A model generated the notes under the pieces. The model searched no databases, was not told the DNA's origin, and worked only from the letters and a program-made list of their open reading frames with translations. Position numbers and translations under genes: made by a program. Shown here piece by piece: positions 45,484 to 55,712 of a stretch of DNA of 64,000 nucleotides; within the stretch, counting starts at the first letter, position 1; every line of letters starts with the position of its first letter. The DNA lies in the NCBI GenBank assembly GCA_963754925.1, contig CAVWHX010000004.1:96001-160000 (forward strand), in the 5' to 3' direction. The DNA comes from an uncultured delta proteobacterium. GTDB lineage: Bacteria; Myxococcota; B64-G9.

Positions 45484-45866
45484 GAAGATAAAATAAATAT
45501 TATTATATTAAAACAATAAATTAGCTATACTGAAATTAATATTCGCCTTATGCATAGCAACTTAAAATTGCGGAACATGGTTACAATAATACTGTACTAC
45601 TTGTTTTAATGAGGTTATTCATCAGTCACAGAAAGTTGCACCAGCAGCACCTATTCTTTGCATTTCATCGCTAAATGTAGTTTATCGTTGTATTCGTATT
45701 AGTTACATCTACAAACTGCCCTATTCTGCCGTCAGAAAACCAGACAACTCTCCCACCGGGGGTTGCGTTACAATGATACGGATGTTCATTGACTCTGGTC
45801 AGGTATTTGCGGACAATGGAATCGGCAAACTTCATGGAATATTAAAACGATTCGCGTAGGACGTAT

Positions 45867-47690
45867 ATGTTTCAGAAAGAAGAAACCGCGGTCCCGATAA
45901 AAAAGGGGGGTAAGTTTAGGAGAAGGGCGTTCTTAAGCTTGGCTACAGCCCTTGCGGGCGGCGGCCTCCTGGCCTGGGTCTTTGGTCCCTGGAGGCACAA
46001 GATATCTCCGGTGCTTCCTGTGTCAATTCGAAAGTCCCCTGCAAACCGAAAAAAACTTATCTTCATAGCCATCGACGCCCTGCACCCAAAGTACCTCGAT
46101 CTCGACGCCAACGGTCTGTCCGGGGGACGAGAGGGCGACTGGCTAATGCCCAATATCCGGGGATTTCTGTAAGAAATCCCTATGGTTCCGCGATGCAAAA
46201 GCATATCTCCCCGCGGCAACGGACATGAACCACCTCAATGCCATGGCCGGCACATCGTCGGCCCAAACGGGCATCATCGGCGTGTGGGCGCAGCCCGAAC
46301 AGTGGGATGAGAACGGGGAAATTCTCATCGCTCAATCGAACCTCTCTCTTGCCAAGGACGATCAGGGACGTCCGGTAGACACCCTATTCCACGCCTGGAA
46401 GCGGCGCTGGCCCGACTCGAGGACCTTGTTTATCACCGGCAAGGAGTGGGTGGGCAAGATGTTCAAGGATCAGAAGCCGGGCACCTGCGTGGACATCCTG
46501 GTGACGGGGCCCGAGCACCCGGCCTATCTTCAACCACCGAAGAGAGAGAGCCTGGCCGACCCCGAAACGGACAACGATGCCGCCTGTGACCCGGAGTCCG
46601 GACATCAGGGATTTTTTGCGGGGAGCATGCGGCCAAGCAACGTCATGACCCGGTTATACACCGGCCAGGGCGGCCTGCTTACGCTCCAGATGGAGTATTT
46701 CGCTAGCCATTTTCCCCACAACCGGTGGGTGGTGGATTCAACGTTGGAGATTTTCCGAAGGGAAGACCCGGAGCTGGCATACATCCTTCTGGCCCAGTGT
46801 GACGACGCGGGCCATTGCATCGGAAACGCCCCGGACCCCGCTGAGTTCACCCAAGTCGACCCGCCCTTTGTGCCCCCGAAGGACTGCGAAGACAACCCGG
46901 AATACCAACTCGTGAGCAAGAGAAACACGCTTCTCTTTAAAAGCGCGAATCCTTGACGTCGTTCGCGATGTGGACATCCAGTTCGGCCGGCTCATGAACG
47001 GCCTCGAACAGCAAGGGGCGCTTGACGCGGCCACCGTCATCCTCCTGAGCGACCACTGCGCTACCAACCACCTCTCCGTAAGCGACTTTTCTTCCACCGA
47101 CCTCATGGGGCTCCTCGAGGAGGCGGGGCTGGTGCAGAATAAGAATATTTACGCCTTCAGTGTAAGCTCGTACGGCACCCTGTACTGGCGCGAGCGAAAG
47201 GAACAGATCCCGCTGGCCAAGAAGCTCCTCCTTGCGCACACGGCGCAAAACCCCGAAACCGGGAAGCCAGGAATGCCCCTGGTGGGTGCTCGACCGGAAC
47301 GACATGAAAAACGGTGTCGAGGGCGTGTGCCTCTCCGGGGAGCTGTACCATACGTGGTATGTCGATGTGGACCATGAAAAGACCATGATCTGGCCAGACC
47401 TGTTCATACTGGCGAAAAACGGCTGGCAGATACCGGCATACAACGGGCACGTTCCCAACGTGGGAATCAAGGCCCCGACATGGACCCCGCCGTGGCGGGT
47501 GTACAATGGCGGCCACGGGTCGGTTGACACGCTGCCCATTGTCGCGGCCATCTCCACCCCCGGCGGTAAAACGGGTGAAGACAACACGCCCATACGCATC
47601 GCGGATCTGGGCGTCACAGCGGCGTCGCTTTTCAGCTTGAAACTCGGGTCCACCACGGTGGGAGCGGATCTAAGCTCTGATCTGAAGTGA
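45867..47690 (+). CDS. Alkaline phosphatase/phosphodiesterase superfamily protein, broken by about three frameshifts (near 46170, 46945, 47270)
   Basis: Tat-like RRRAFL; IAIDAL, MPNI, T..NH, D.AGH, LSDH, GGHG motifs distributed over four ORFs. Confidence 0.75.
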
Positions 47691-47732
47691 TGCCAGGAGA
47701 TGAAGCTAAGCTCCCATTGATCACCGCTACGT

Positions 47733-48068
47733 TCAACTACTAACTTTCGGGTCTTTCTTGTTTTTTCGGCTCCGAGCGGACTTTCTGGCAAACCCGCGCG
47801 GTTTGAGACCGTCGGGAAGGTACTTAAACACCAGAGGAAGCAGCACCACGCCGCCGGGGAGGGAAAAGATAGCCAGTGACGGAATTGAACGCACGATGTC
47901 CAGCAACTCATCCCGCATGGTGGCGCGCTCGTCGGCCGAAAGTTTTTCGCCGGTACTCGCTCGGTAGAGCAGCTCGGCCAGCTCGCCGGTATTTTTGATC
48001 TCTTCGACTATCAGATCGATGTTTTCACTGATTCTTTTTTGGAGGCTTTTGAAAATTCTGCGATCCAT
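47733..48068 (-). CDS. Short LETM1-like domain protein
   Basis: LLDIVRSIPSLAIFSLPGGVVLLP motif. Confidence 0.6.
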   Translation of the reverse strand: MDRRIFKSLQKRISENIDLIVEEIKNTGELAELLYRASTGEKLSADERATMRDELLDIVRSIPSLAIFSLPGGVVLLPLVFKYLPDGLKPRGFARKSARSRKNKKDPKVSS

Positions 48069-48078
48069 GATCAATCCT

Positions 48079-48747
48079 CTAACCGGCGCTGTTCACGGGG
48101 CGGCGGCGATACTCCGCGATCTTTGCCCGCAACTGCCGAACTGCCTCGCTGATATCGTCGTCAGAGACGACGGCCGTGACTACGGCGATACGCCGCGCCC
48201 CGGCCTCGAGCAACGGATCAAGATTGTCGAGCTTGATGCCGCCCATCACGGTGATGGGTAGCTGCACCTGACGGCTGACCTGTTGAAAAAGCTCGATTCC
48301 CACTGCCGGCCCAACGTGCTCCTTGGTAACGGTAGGGTAGATGGGCCCGACATTGATGTAGTCCGCTCCCTGTGCCGCCGCCCGCAAGGCTTCATCTAAG
48401 CTGTGGGTTGAGACACCGATGATGCGTTGGTGACCAACCAATCGGCGCGCAACCGGAATCGGGAGATCATTTTGACCGAGGTGCACGCCATCCGCATCAA
48501 CCGCCACGCAGATGTCCACGCGATCGTTGAGGATCAACGTCGCGTGTGCCTGCCGGGTGCGGCGGCGAAAAGCCAACGCCAGCTCATAGAACGAGCGGTC
48601 ATCGATCTCCTTCTCGCGCAATTGCACAATCGAAGCTCCACCCTTAAGTAACGCTTCCAATACATCGAGGTCGTTGCGACGCCGCGAATATTTTTCGCCG
48701 GTGACAGGGTAGAGATCGAAATCGAGCAATGCCGCCTTGGACCTCAC
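48079..48747 (-). CDS. thiE: Thiamine-phosphate synthase
   Basis: VQLREK, LND, DGVHLGQ.D, GVSTH, PT.TK, GGI. Confidence 0.95.
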   Translation of the reverse strand: MRSKAALLDFDLYPVTGEKYSRRRNDLDVLEALLKGGASIVQLREKEIDDRSFYELALAFRRRTRQAHATLILNDRVDICVAVDADGVHLGQNDLPIPVARRLVGHQRIIGVSTHSLDEALRAAAQGADYINVGPIYPTVTKEHVGPAVGIELFQQVSRQVQLPITVMGGIKLDNLDPLLEAGARRIAVVTAVVSDDDISEAVRQLRAKIAEYRRRPVNSAG

Positions 48748-48750
48748 CCC

Positions 48751-48951
48751 TTACCCCCCGCCGACGAAGCGCACCACCTCGAGGATGTCCCCGTCCTCCA
48801 ACAGGACATCGGCAAATTTCTCTCGGTGCACCACCTCGCGGTTGCGCTCGACTACCGCTGCACGCTGATCGAGCTTGAGTTCCGCCAGGCAGGCCTTTAA
48901 ACTGAGACCTTCGCGCAATTTTCGTGTGCGACCATTGATAGTTATTTTCAT
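48751..48951 (-). CDS. thiS: Sulfur carrier protein ThiS
   Basis: 66 aa, MKITING...VRFVGGG C-terminus. Confidence 0.95.
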   Translation of the reverse strand: MKITINGRTRKLREGLSLKACLAELKLDQRAAVVERNREVVHREKFADVLLEDGDILEVVRFVGGG

Positions 48952-50069
48952 ACCTGTCCTCCATGCATGACTCGGTCCCAATCCTTCCACACCGGATCGT
49001 ATCCTGACGCCCGGATGACTTCGGCAACTTCGTTCGGACTGCGCCTATCTTCGACCTCGAATTGAGCCCCCGCCCGAAGCTGCTTGGTGTAGCCGCCGGG
49101 CGTGGTGCACGATCCGGCGCTTATCTGGGTCAGCCCCAAGGGGATGAGCGCATCGCGAAGCCACGCCGGCTCGCGGGTAGAGAGCACGAGCCCGACATCG
49201 GGGAAGGCAAGCCGCAACACACACAGCAGCTGCACGAGCTCCCGATCAGCAACCGGCATAGGCACGCGAAAATCCGGCGCGGCGTGCCGCAGGCGCGGCA
49301 CGCTTATCGAAACGGTGCTGCACCAGAAACGTTTCATAAGATACTCTGCGTGCAGCGCGAGGGCTATTGCTTCGCTACGAACATCATTGAGGCCGAGCAA
49401 CGAGCCGATTCCCAACCGGCGTATGCCAGCCTCCCCTGCCCGTTCGAGCGCCCCCAATCTCAGATCATAATCGCGCTTCGGCCCTCCCGGATGAACCGCA
49501 GCATATACCTCGCGATCGTAGGTCTCCTGGTAAAGGGTCACCCCGCCTGCCCCCGCGTCGACCATACGACCATACTCAGCCTGCGTCAGGGGTTGAACCT
49601 CGATCGATAGGGTTGAAAACTCGCCCGTCAAGGCGGCCAGCGATTCCTCCAACCGACTGACAGGAAAACGCTGCGGCGCTTCACCGGAAACCAACAGGAT
49701 ATGCCGGAAACCCATGCCGCGCAGATAAGACGCTTCTTGTCGAATCTCGGCCGTACTGAGGATAGTGCGGGGGACTGGTTGTTGGGCATTGAAATTACAG
49801 TAACGGCAGGCGTTGGAACACACGTTCGAGAGATAGAGCGGGGCATAGAGCGTTATCACCCGCCCAAATCGTTGGATGGTCAGCAACCGTGCGCGCTTGG
49901 CGATTTCCTCGAGATAGGGTACGGCCGCGGGCGATAACAAAACCAACAGATCGTCCATAGAGAGTTGCGCCCGAGCGAGCGCGGACTCGACCTGTCGGCC
50001 GCTGGCTTCCGCTACCTGCCGGCGCATCGCGCGAACATCATACCGTGCCAACGTTTCGCCAAAAGTCAT
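48948..50069 (-). CDS. thiH: 2-iminoacetate synthase (radical SAM)
   Basis: [36 protein letters not shown]. Confidence 0.95.
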   Translation of the reverse strand: MTFGETLARYDVRAMRRQVAEASGRQVESALARAQLSMDDLLVLLSPAAVPYLEEIAKRARLLTIQRFGRVITLYAPLYLSNVCSNACRYCNFNAQQPVPRTILSTAEIRQEASYLRGMGFRHILLVSGEAPQRFPVSRLEESLAALTGEFSTLSIEVQPLTQAEYGRMVDAGAGGVTLYQETYDREVYAAVHPGGPKRDYDLRLGALERAGEAGIRRLGIGSLLGLNDVRSEAIALALHAEYLMKRFWCSTVSISVPRLRHAAPDFRVPMPVADRELVQLLCVLRLAFPDVGLVLSTREPAWLRDALIPLGLTQISAGSCTTPGGYTKQLRAGAQFEVEDRRSPNEVAEVIRASGYDPVWKDWDRVMHGGQV

Positions 50070-50860
50070 GAAGTTAAAAACCCCGTCAATGGACTTGAAG
50101 CCTGGGCATCGAGGGCCTTACCGGCAAGGCCGGCGTGATACGCCTCACGCCCGGCTTGCACCCCCAGGCGGAAGGCCGCGGCCATCCGCACCGGATCGCG
50201 GGCCGTGGCGATAGCGGTATTTACCAACACCGCGGCCGCGCCCATCTCGAGCGCCTCGGCGGCATGGGCGGGAGACCCCAACCCGGCGTCCACCACGACC
50301 GGGACCATGGCATGGGCGATGATCATTTCGAGCGCATCCTTGGTGCGTATCCCGCGATTGGTCCCGATGGGGCTTCCCAACGGCATGACCGAAGCGCAGC
50401 CGACACCCTCGAGTCGCTTGGCCAAAATCGGATCGGCCTGCATATAGGGAAGAACCACGAAGCCCTCCCGCACCAAAATAGCCGCCGCCTTGAGGGTCTC
50501 CACCGGATCGGGAAGCAAACTCCTCGGATCGGGGGTGACCTCGAGCTTGATCCATGGCTCCATCCCCGCGGCGCGGGCCAGGCGGGCCATGCGGAGGGCC
50601 TCCTCGGCATTCTGGGCGCCCGAGGTGTTCGGCAACACGAGGTACCTTCCGCCGGCGAGCGCTTGAAGCATGTCATCCTGCGGTCGATCGAGATCAACCC
50701 GACGCAGCGCCACGGTGACGATCTCGGCCTGGCTCGCTTCGACGGCTTTACGCATCACGGAGGCCGAGGAAAACTTGCCGGTGCCGATCAACAGCCGCGA
50801 TGCGAACGTTCGTTCCGCAATGACTAACGGATCTGCGACTTCAGGTTTGACTTTTTTCAT
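50066..50860 (-). CDS. thiG: Thiazole synthase
   Basis: [37 protein letters not shown]. Confidence 0.96.
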   Translation of the reverse strand: MKKVKPEVADPLVIAERTFASRLLIGTGKFSSASVMRKAVEASQAEIVTVALRRVDLDRPQDDMLQALAGGRYLVLPNTSGAQNAEEALRMARLARAAGMEPWIKLEVTPDPRSLLPDPVETLKAAAILVREGFVVLPYMQADPILAKRLEGVGCASVMPLGSPIGTNRGIRTKDALEMIIAHAMVPVVVDAGLGSPAHAAEALEMGAAAVLVNTAIATARDPVRMAAAFRLGVQAGREAYHAGLAGKALDAQASSPLTGFLTS

Positions 50861-51065
50861 GCGCGCTTCCAACCTCTGCTGGAACCTTAGCAAAAAAAGA
50901 CCGGGTTGTGCAACCGTTGATACTTTGACGCATTATTCAGGTTGGGAATAGCGAGATGGTATAGGCTGTTTTTATGTATATGCATCTCCGTGATGCTCTC
51001 CTGATATCAAACTTGACACCTGGCAACTTTTAACGCAAACCTGAATTTTCTAAGGAGGATTCACC

Positions 51066-51542
51066 ATGAAATGGCGACTAGCGTTCGGCATGTCCATTGC
51101 AATCCTGGCGATGGGGTGCGGCCCGCGGTTGATCCCGAACATCGAAATCGAACTCAAGGACACCCCCGACAATCGAGCACTGCTGCAGATAATGGAGAAG
51201 TTCCGCCAAGCGTATGAAAACCTTGATATCGATACCCTGGTTGCGCTGGCCTCTGATAAATTCTACGAGACCAGCGGCACCGCCGACACCAGCGACGATT
51301 ACAACAAGGACGGCCTCCATACGCATTTCACCGAACATTTCAAGTTGATCAAAAAATGCGATTTGGAAATTATCCTCAAAGAGGTCAAAGTCGAGGGCGA
51401 CAAGGCCGTTATCGATTATCGCTACATCGCTCGCTACTTGATGGCGTTACCCGTGGGAGAGAAATGGCAACTGACCGACGAAGTCAACGAAATGGCGCTC
51501 GCCCGCGAAAATGGCAAATGGATGATCACCTCGGGGATGTAG
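51066..51542 (+). CDS. Lipoprotein with NTF2/SnoaL-like fold (myxobacterial type)
   Basis: Lipobox AMG-C; AAGGAGG RBS; ends WMITSGM. Confidence 0.7.
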   Translation: MKWRLAFGMSIAILAMGCGPRLIPNIEIELKDTPDNRALLQIMEKFRQAYENLDIDTLVALASDKFYETSGTADTSDDYNKDGLHTHFTEHFKLIKKCDLEIILKEVKVEGDKAVIDYRYIARYLMALPVGEKWQLTDEVNEMALARENGKWMITSGM

Positions 51543-52451
51543 CTAGGGCGACGCAGATTCCGGGCGCGCCGCAGGCTTCCCGGGCGCCGGCCTTCCTTTC
51601 TCTTCAAAATTAAAATGCAGCAGCGTTTCGGGATCAAAAAGGATCTTATCCAGTCGGGTGGACAAATGCAAATGCGGGCCGGTCGCCCGACCCGAAGCGC
51701 CCACCCGGGCGATGAGTTGGCCTTTAGAAACCTTCTGGCCGACCGCCACCTCGAATTTCGAAAGATGAAAATAGAGCGAGTATAGCTTCAGGCCGTGATC
51801 GACAATCACGGTTCCGCCGCTATAGTAAAGGTCCATGGCCATGACGACCGTGCCGTCATTGACCGCGGCCACCGGATCGCCCAGGTTGGCGCTGATGTCG
51901 ACCCCCCAATGGCGGCTGTTCTGAATCCCGTTGAACATTCGGCGCAGGCCAAACGCCGAGCCGACCGGCGCATCGCTGGGTGGAGAAAAATCCCCCCGCC
52001 ATTGACGCTCGGTCGGCGCAGACTGATAAATTTTGTCCAGCAGGGCGCTTTCCCGTTTGATGCGCACGGTCACCTCTTTCGGCGGCGAGATGTACTTGGT
52101 GTCAACCGATATCTTTTCGGTGCCAAAGGTTCCCGCCCTGACGGGCACTGATTGTTTCAGATCAATGGGGTCGGCGCCGGGGGATTTGATGGTAACCAAA
52201 AGCGGCACCTCGCCCGCTGGTTGCTGGAGCGCCACAGCCGCGAGGGCGCGCATCCGACCGTGGCCATCGGCAAAAAAACGCAGCGGCATGCCATTGAAGC
52301 TTCCGTACGCCTGCGTTCCCGGCGCACCATGGAGCAGCTCGATTACCACCAACTCACCTTGGGACGGCTGCGGCGGGGTGATGTGCACCTCGACCTGTGG
52401 CGCCGATTCGGCGAGCAACAACACGGGAATGAGTAGTAACGCCGGAAACAT
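51543..52451 (-). CDS. M23 family metallopeptidase
   Basis: HWGVD, YFHL, ATGPHLH; signal peptide. Confidence 0.92.
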   Translation of the reverse strand: MFPALLLIPVLLLAESAPQVEVHITPPQPSQGELVVIELLHGAPGTQAYGSFNGMPLRFFADGHGRMRALAAVALQQPAGEVPLLVTIKSPGADPIDLKQSVPVRAGTFGTEKISVDTKYISPPKEVTVRIKRESALLDKIYQSAPTERQWRGDFSPPSDAPVGSAFGLRRMFNGIQNSRHWGVDISANLGDPVAAVNDGTVVMAMDLYYSGGTVIVDHGLKLYSLYFHLSKFEVAVGQKVSKGQLIARVGASGRATGPHLHLSTRLDKILFDPETLLHFNFEEKGRPAPGKPAARPESASP

Positions 52452-52481
52452 CGCTGTTACCCCACCATCTAAAGCGTAACG

Positions 52482-52952
52482 CTAACCGAGGGCAGACACC
52501 AACGTCAGGAGCGAAAGCACCAACGACAACGGGGAGTAAAGTATGGTATTGAGCCGTTCGTAGCGACTGCCGCGGATAAGCGGACGAAAGTGAACCTCAA
52601 AAAAGCCCCCCACGCCGCGCAGTAATAGAATAACGGCGCTTATTAAAGCCAACACGCGGCACACGGCCGGCGATGCAATAGACTCGACCATGTCGTTAGC
52701 GGCCAAAACCACCCAGGCAGCGCCGATGAGCACTAATGCCACGCCTAAACAAACAAGCGGAGACGGCATCCGCATTCCCGGCGGTCCGCCCACGATACTG
52801 CGTGCGAGACTTTCTTCGCTCCGTCCCGGCCAATACCCTCCGAAGCCCCAATAGATATGGAGCAGAGCCAGGCCGCCATAGACGACGGCGGCGACGATGG
52901 AAAAAATAGATGAAGTCACTTTTTCTCTATAGCCCCCGATGGTAAAAAACAT
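52482..52952 (-). CDS. DUF3995-like membrane protein
   Basis: LHIYWGFGG.W, LRG, LYSPL motifs. Confidence 0.7.
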   Translation of the reverse strand: MFFTIGGYREKVTSSIFSIVAAVVYGGLALLHIYWGFGGYWPGRSEESLARSIVGGPPGMRMPSPLVCLGVALVLIGAAWVVLAANDMVESIASPAVCRVLALISAVILLLRGVGGFFEVHFRPLIRGSRYERLNTILYSPLSLVLSLLTLVSALG

Positions 52953-52964
52953 TGTCCAACTGAA

Positions 52965-53567
52965 TTACTTGCCAGCATCCCAAAAAAGATTGATGACGGT
53001 GTTTCTTTTACTTTTTGATTGCTGTTCTAGCACAACCTTCGCGTTTTTGGCTCCCGAGAACTCAGCCAACGTATGAATAAATCCAACGATGGCTATTATA
53101 TAATGCTTACTTTCCATAAATATTGATGGCAAGTCACTCAATAAGATTTCTATACAACCCATTGTTTTTTCAGAGATTGAAACCGTCCCGCAATTTCGGT
53201 AACAGCGGTTCCATATTCTTGGGGCGATCTTCAATATTGATTTTGGCGAGATTCGAAACAAATGTAAGAGGGATCGAACGAACGGCCCCAATAGTGAGGA
53301 TTCAATCAACAACTTAGTGGTATTTACACAAAATTTGAAATATTCCTCCTCACTAACCTCGGCCATCATGCAATCAGACAACTGTATATCGTATTCAAGC
53401 GGAAGCCATTCACTGTCCTTGGATTGATAGATATTCTGCAATGTGGCTTGAGGAAACCGTTTTAAGATCGCCATTCTCACCGCAGGATCAAGTAATTCAA
53501 GTGCTTTAAAGCCGTTGAGAATCAGATCCTTACGAAACTCGGGTCTTTTCTCTGAAGCGCTCATCAT
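52965..53567 (-). CDS. Hypothetical protein, DUF2378/V4R-like myxobacterial family
   Basis: WLPLE, PRIWNRCYRNCG; resemblance only; AT-rich. Confidence 0.45.
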   Translation of the reverse strand: MMSASEKRPEFRKDLILNGFKALELLDPAVRMAILKRFPQATLQNIYQSKDSEWLPLEYDIQLSDCMMAEVSEEEYFKFCVNTTKLLIESSLLGPFVRSLLHLFRISPKSILKIAPRIWNRCYRNCGTVSISEKTMGCIEILLSDLPSIFMESKHYIIAIVGFIHTLAEFSGAKNAKVVLEQQSKSKRNTVINLFWDAGK

Positions 53568-53876
53568 TGCCTCCCAATATCGCTTCGATATTGGTAAATC
53601 CTAAACATTATTTTTCTACCAACTTGTTCATCGTAAAAGGATAAATCTAGATGTAGGAAAAACAAACGCACTGGTGACTTCGTTTCTCCCTTGATTTCCC
53701 GCAGCGCTTTCTCAAACAAGCCATTATTTTAACTCTGAATTCAGTTTACAGTCAATATTCTAGAGGAACGCTAAAATTCTGAGTTGATCTGAGGTATTAA
53801 CCGTGCCCGATGGAGACCCGGCTCTCCGTGATGCCGCAAAAGAAACTTTTTAGAAGCAGATCGATGAAAATATGTC

Positions 53877-54560
53877 TTAGTAACTATAAGAAACGATTTG
53901 CGGCAGCCCCAAAAAATTCTGCGTAAATGATAACGCGTGCTGCGTATCAAAACTTTTACAAGTATAAATATCGAGCGAGAGAACTTCGTCTTGCCAATGA
54001 TAGACACAACCGGATGTTTCCCAGTGGATCCAAGCTGTGCACCTATCAATTACCGCAGTAGACAGTGTTCTCATATCAAGCTCTCGAGAGAGGGCTGGCA
54101 GAAAACGCTCGATACTTTCTTGCGGCGGCGGCGAGCAATGGTATGACAACAATAGCAAGCGTTGGCGAACAATCTCAGGGGCCAGGTCTCTCCAGCGTGA
54201 CGGCCGAGGAATAATGCGTCCAAAAACCATATCATCGGTGCCAAAAACTCCGAAGCAATTTCTGGTAAATGCTACCGCTGTCTGCTCGTCGATCGGCCCA
54301 AAACCAAGTATGTCGACACTTATGAAACTAGGATGTCTGTTGTCCCAGATGTACAGGTGAATCGCGCCGCCGTTCTTTAAGGGAAGCCAGGCGGCGAGTC
54401 CGAATTTATCCGATAGATGCGCGGTCGGCGGAGAAGCGGGTTGCATCAAAAGCGCCTGGCATAGCCCCTGGAGATATCCGTACACTTTTGCCTCGGCTTG
54501 AGCGCCGTGACCTATTGGCTCTCTACTGAGAAACTCGATGACCAAAACGGAGTGTACCAT
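53877..54560 (-). CDS. Tandem two-domain S-adenosylmethionine decarboxylase-like protein
   Basis: C-half DLAPEIVRQRL...WIHWETSG...LDIYTCKSFD; N-half homologous (VIE...GLAAW...HLYIWD...SVDI...AVAFT..F); AGGAGAGG RBS. Confidence 0.65.
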   Translation of the reverse strand: MVHSVLVIEFLSREPIGHGAQAEAKVYGYLQGLCQALLMQPASPPTAHLSDKFGLAAWLPLKNGGAIHLYIWDNRHPSFISVDILGFGPIDEQTAVAFTRNCFGVFGTDDMVFGRIIPRPSRWRDLAPEIVRQRLLLLSYHCSPPPQESIERFLPALSRELDMRTLSTAVIDRCTAWIHWETSGCVYHWQDEVLSLDIYTCKSFDTQHALSFTQNFLGLPQIVSYSY

Positions 54561-54615
54561 ATTGTTTACCTCTCCTGGTTTGAGTCATTAAGTCAGCTTT
54601 CTCGTCCGTAGCAGA

Positions 54616-55494
54616 CTACCTCAACCGTTGACTCATAGCTTGGTCAAGCAAAGGAACTAATATTTCGCCAGGTGCGTAAGCGATGTTCCTATCGCCGTCG
54701 TGGTAAAGGTACTTGGGAGTCAGTAATTCAATGAGACGGTGCGCTTTGGAACCACTGGCTGAGTATGCAACGATATCGCATTTATCGACCCATTCCGATA
54801 ATCGAAACAAACTTACATCGCGTAGCTCTCCTAAGAGTGCTGCTGCCGCGCCGCTGCCCCGCAGGTTCCTGGCCAAGCCCCACTCGGCGGTGTAGAAGGT
54901 CGGTCGAAGTAAATCCTTTCCTGCCTGCAAAAGACGCCGTTGGTACTCAGCGTAGGACAGTTTACCGAAAAATGCCTCCTCAAACTTTTCGGCCCATAAC
55001 TCCTGGTAGGTGGTCATCCATCCCCAGGTGAAACCTAAAAGCTGACCCTGCTGATCCCACAGAAATGCCCCGGCAATATCCTTTTGAAACTCGGTTTGGA
55101 TTCTTTCTCGAGTGTAGCCCGGTGGATAGAATAACTCCATCTCGCCTCCGCAACTCGGGCAGCGACACGTGTCATAGGGCAGTAACTCAGCAGCCTCGAG
55201 GTGCGCAACGCTAAGGCTGGACTGTAACCGAATATCGCGAGACCGTAAAACTTCACCAACACCTATTTTGCCAGGGCACCCTTTAATCTTGCATTTAAGA
55301 TACTCATTCCATGGCTCCGATCCGAATATATCCCGGTAGCAACCGGTAACACGGTCGAGCAGTTCATCTAACGCTCCGCTGACGAGGGCCGATCTGAACG
55401 CCTCGGATCTATAAAACCGTTCAATGGTTACTTCCCTCAAATCGCGAAGCGAGACAGTCCGAGATGCATTTTTATCTGAAAAATATGCTGTCAT
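54616..55494 (-). CDS. GNAT-like protein with Cys-rich (Zn-ribbon) insertion
   Basis: YRDIFGSEPWNE, CKIKGC...CRCPSC, LLGFTWG, AEWGLARNLRGSG (acetyl-CoA-binding-like RGxG). Confidence 0.55.
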   Translation of the reverse strand: MTAYFSDKNASRTVSLRDLREVTIERFYRSEAFRSALVSGALDELLDRVTGCYRDIFGSEPWNEYLKCKIKGCPGKIGVGEVLRSRDIRLQSSLSVAHLEAAELLPYDTCRCPSCGGEMELFYPPGYTRERIQTEFQKDIAGAFLWDQQGQLLGFTWGWMTTYQELWAEKFEEAFFGKLSYAEYQRRLLQAGKDLLRPTFYTAEWGLARNLRGSGAAAALLGELRDVSLFRLSEWVDKCDIVAYSASGSKAHRLIELLTPKYLYHDGDRNIAYAPGEILVPLLDQAMSQRLR

Positions 55495-55712
55495 AATAAT
55501 CCACTTCTAAGACTATGAGCTCAGCCCTCTCCAAAGAATAAGAACGACAAACATCTCAATCAGTTTCCGTGCGCCTTTGGATTCACCGGGCGCCACCCTC
55601 AACCTACTTTTGCCTACAACTAATTTTGAAAAAAACATTTTGTCAAATAATTTACATAGTTGTTGAACTTGATCCTATTAATCTGGTAGACTTTTATCTA
55701 GAGGATCAATCC

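Noticed and set aside
45380..45866. AT-rich intergenic region as a replication origin or island boundary
   Set aside because: No DnaA-box cluster or att repeat was seen; it is explained as a divergent promoter region.
50861..51065. TPP riboswitch upstream of thiG-thiH-thiS-thiE
   Set aside because: No CTGAGA...ACCTGA core was found on the minus strand.
53727..53790. attC-like imperfect inverted repeat (AACTCTGAATT...AATTCTGAGTT) within the AT-rich island
   Set aside because: Both core sites deviate from RYYYAAC/GTTRRRY, it is a single copy, and no integrase is present. It may be a small MITE remnant.
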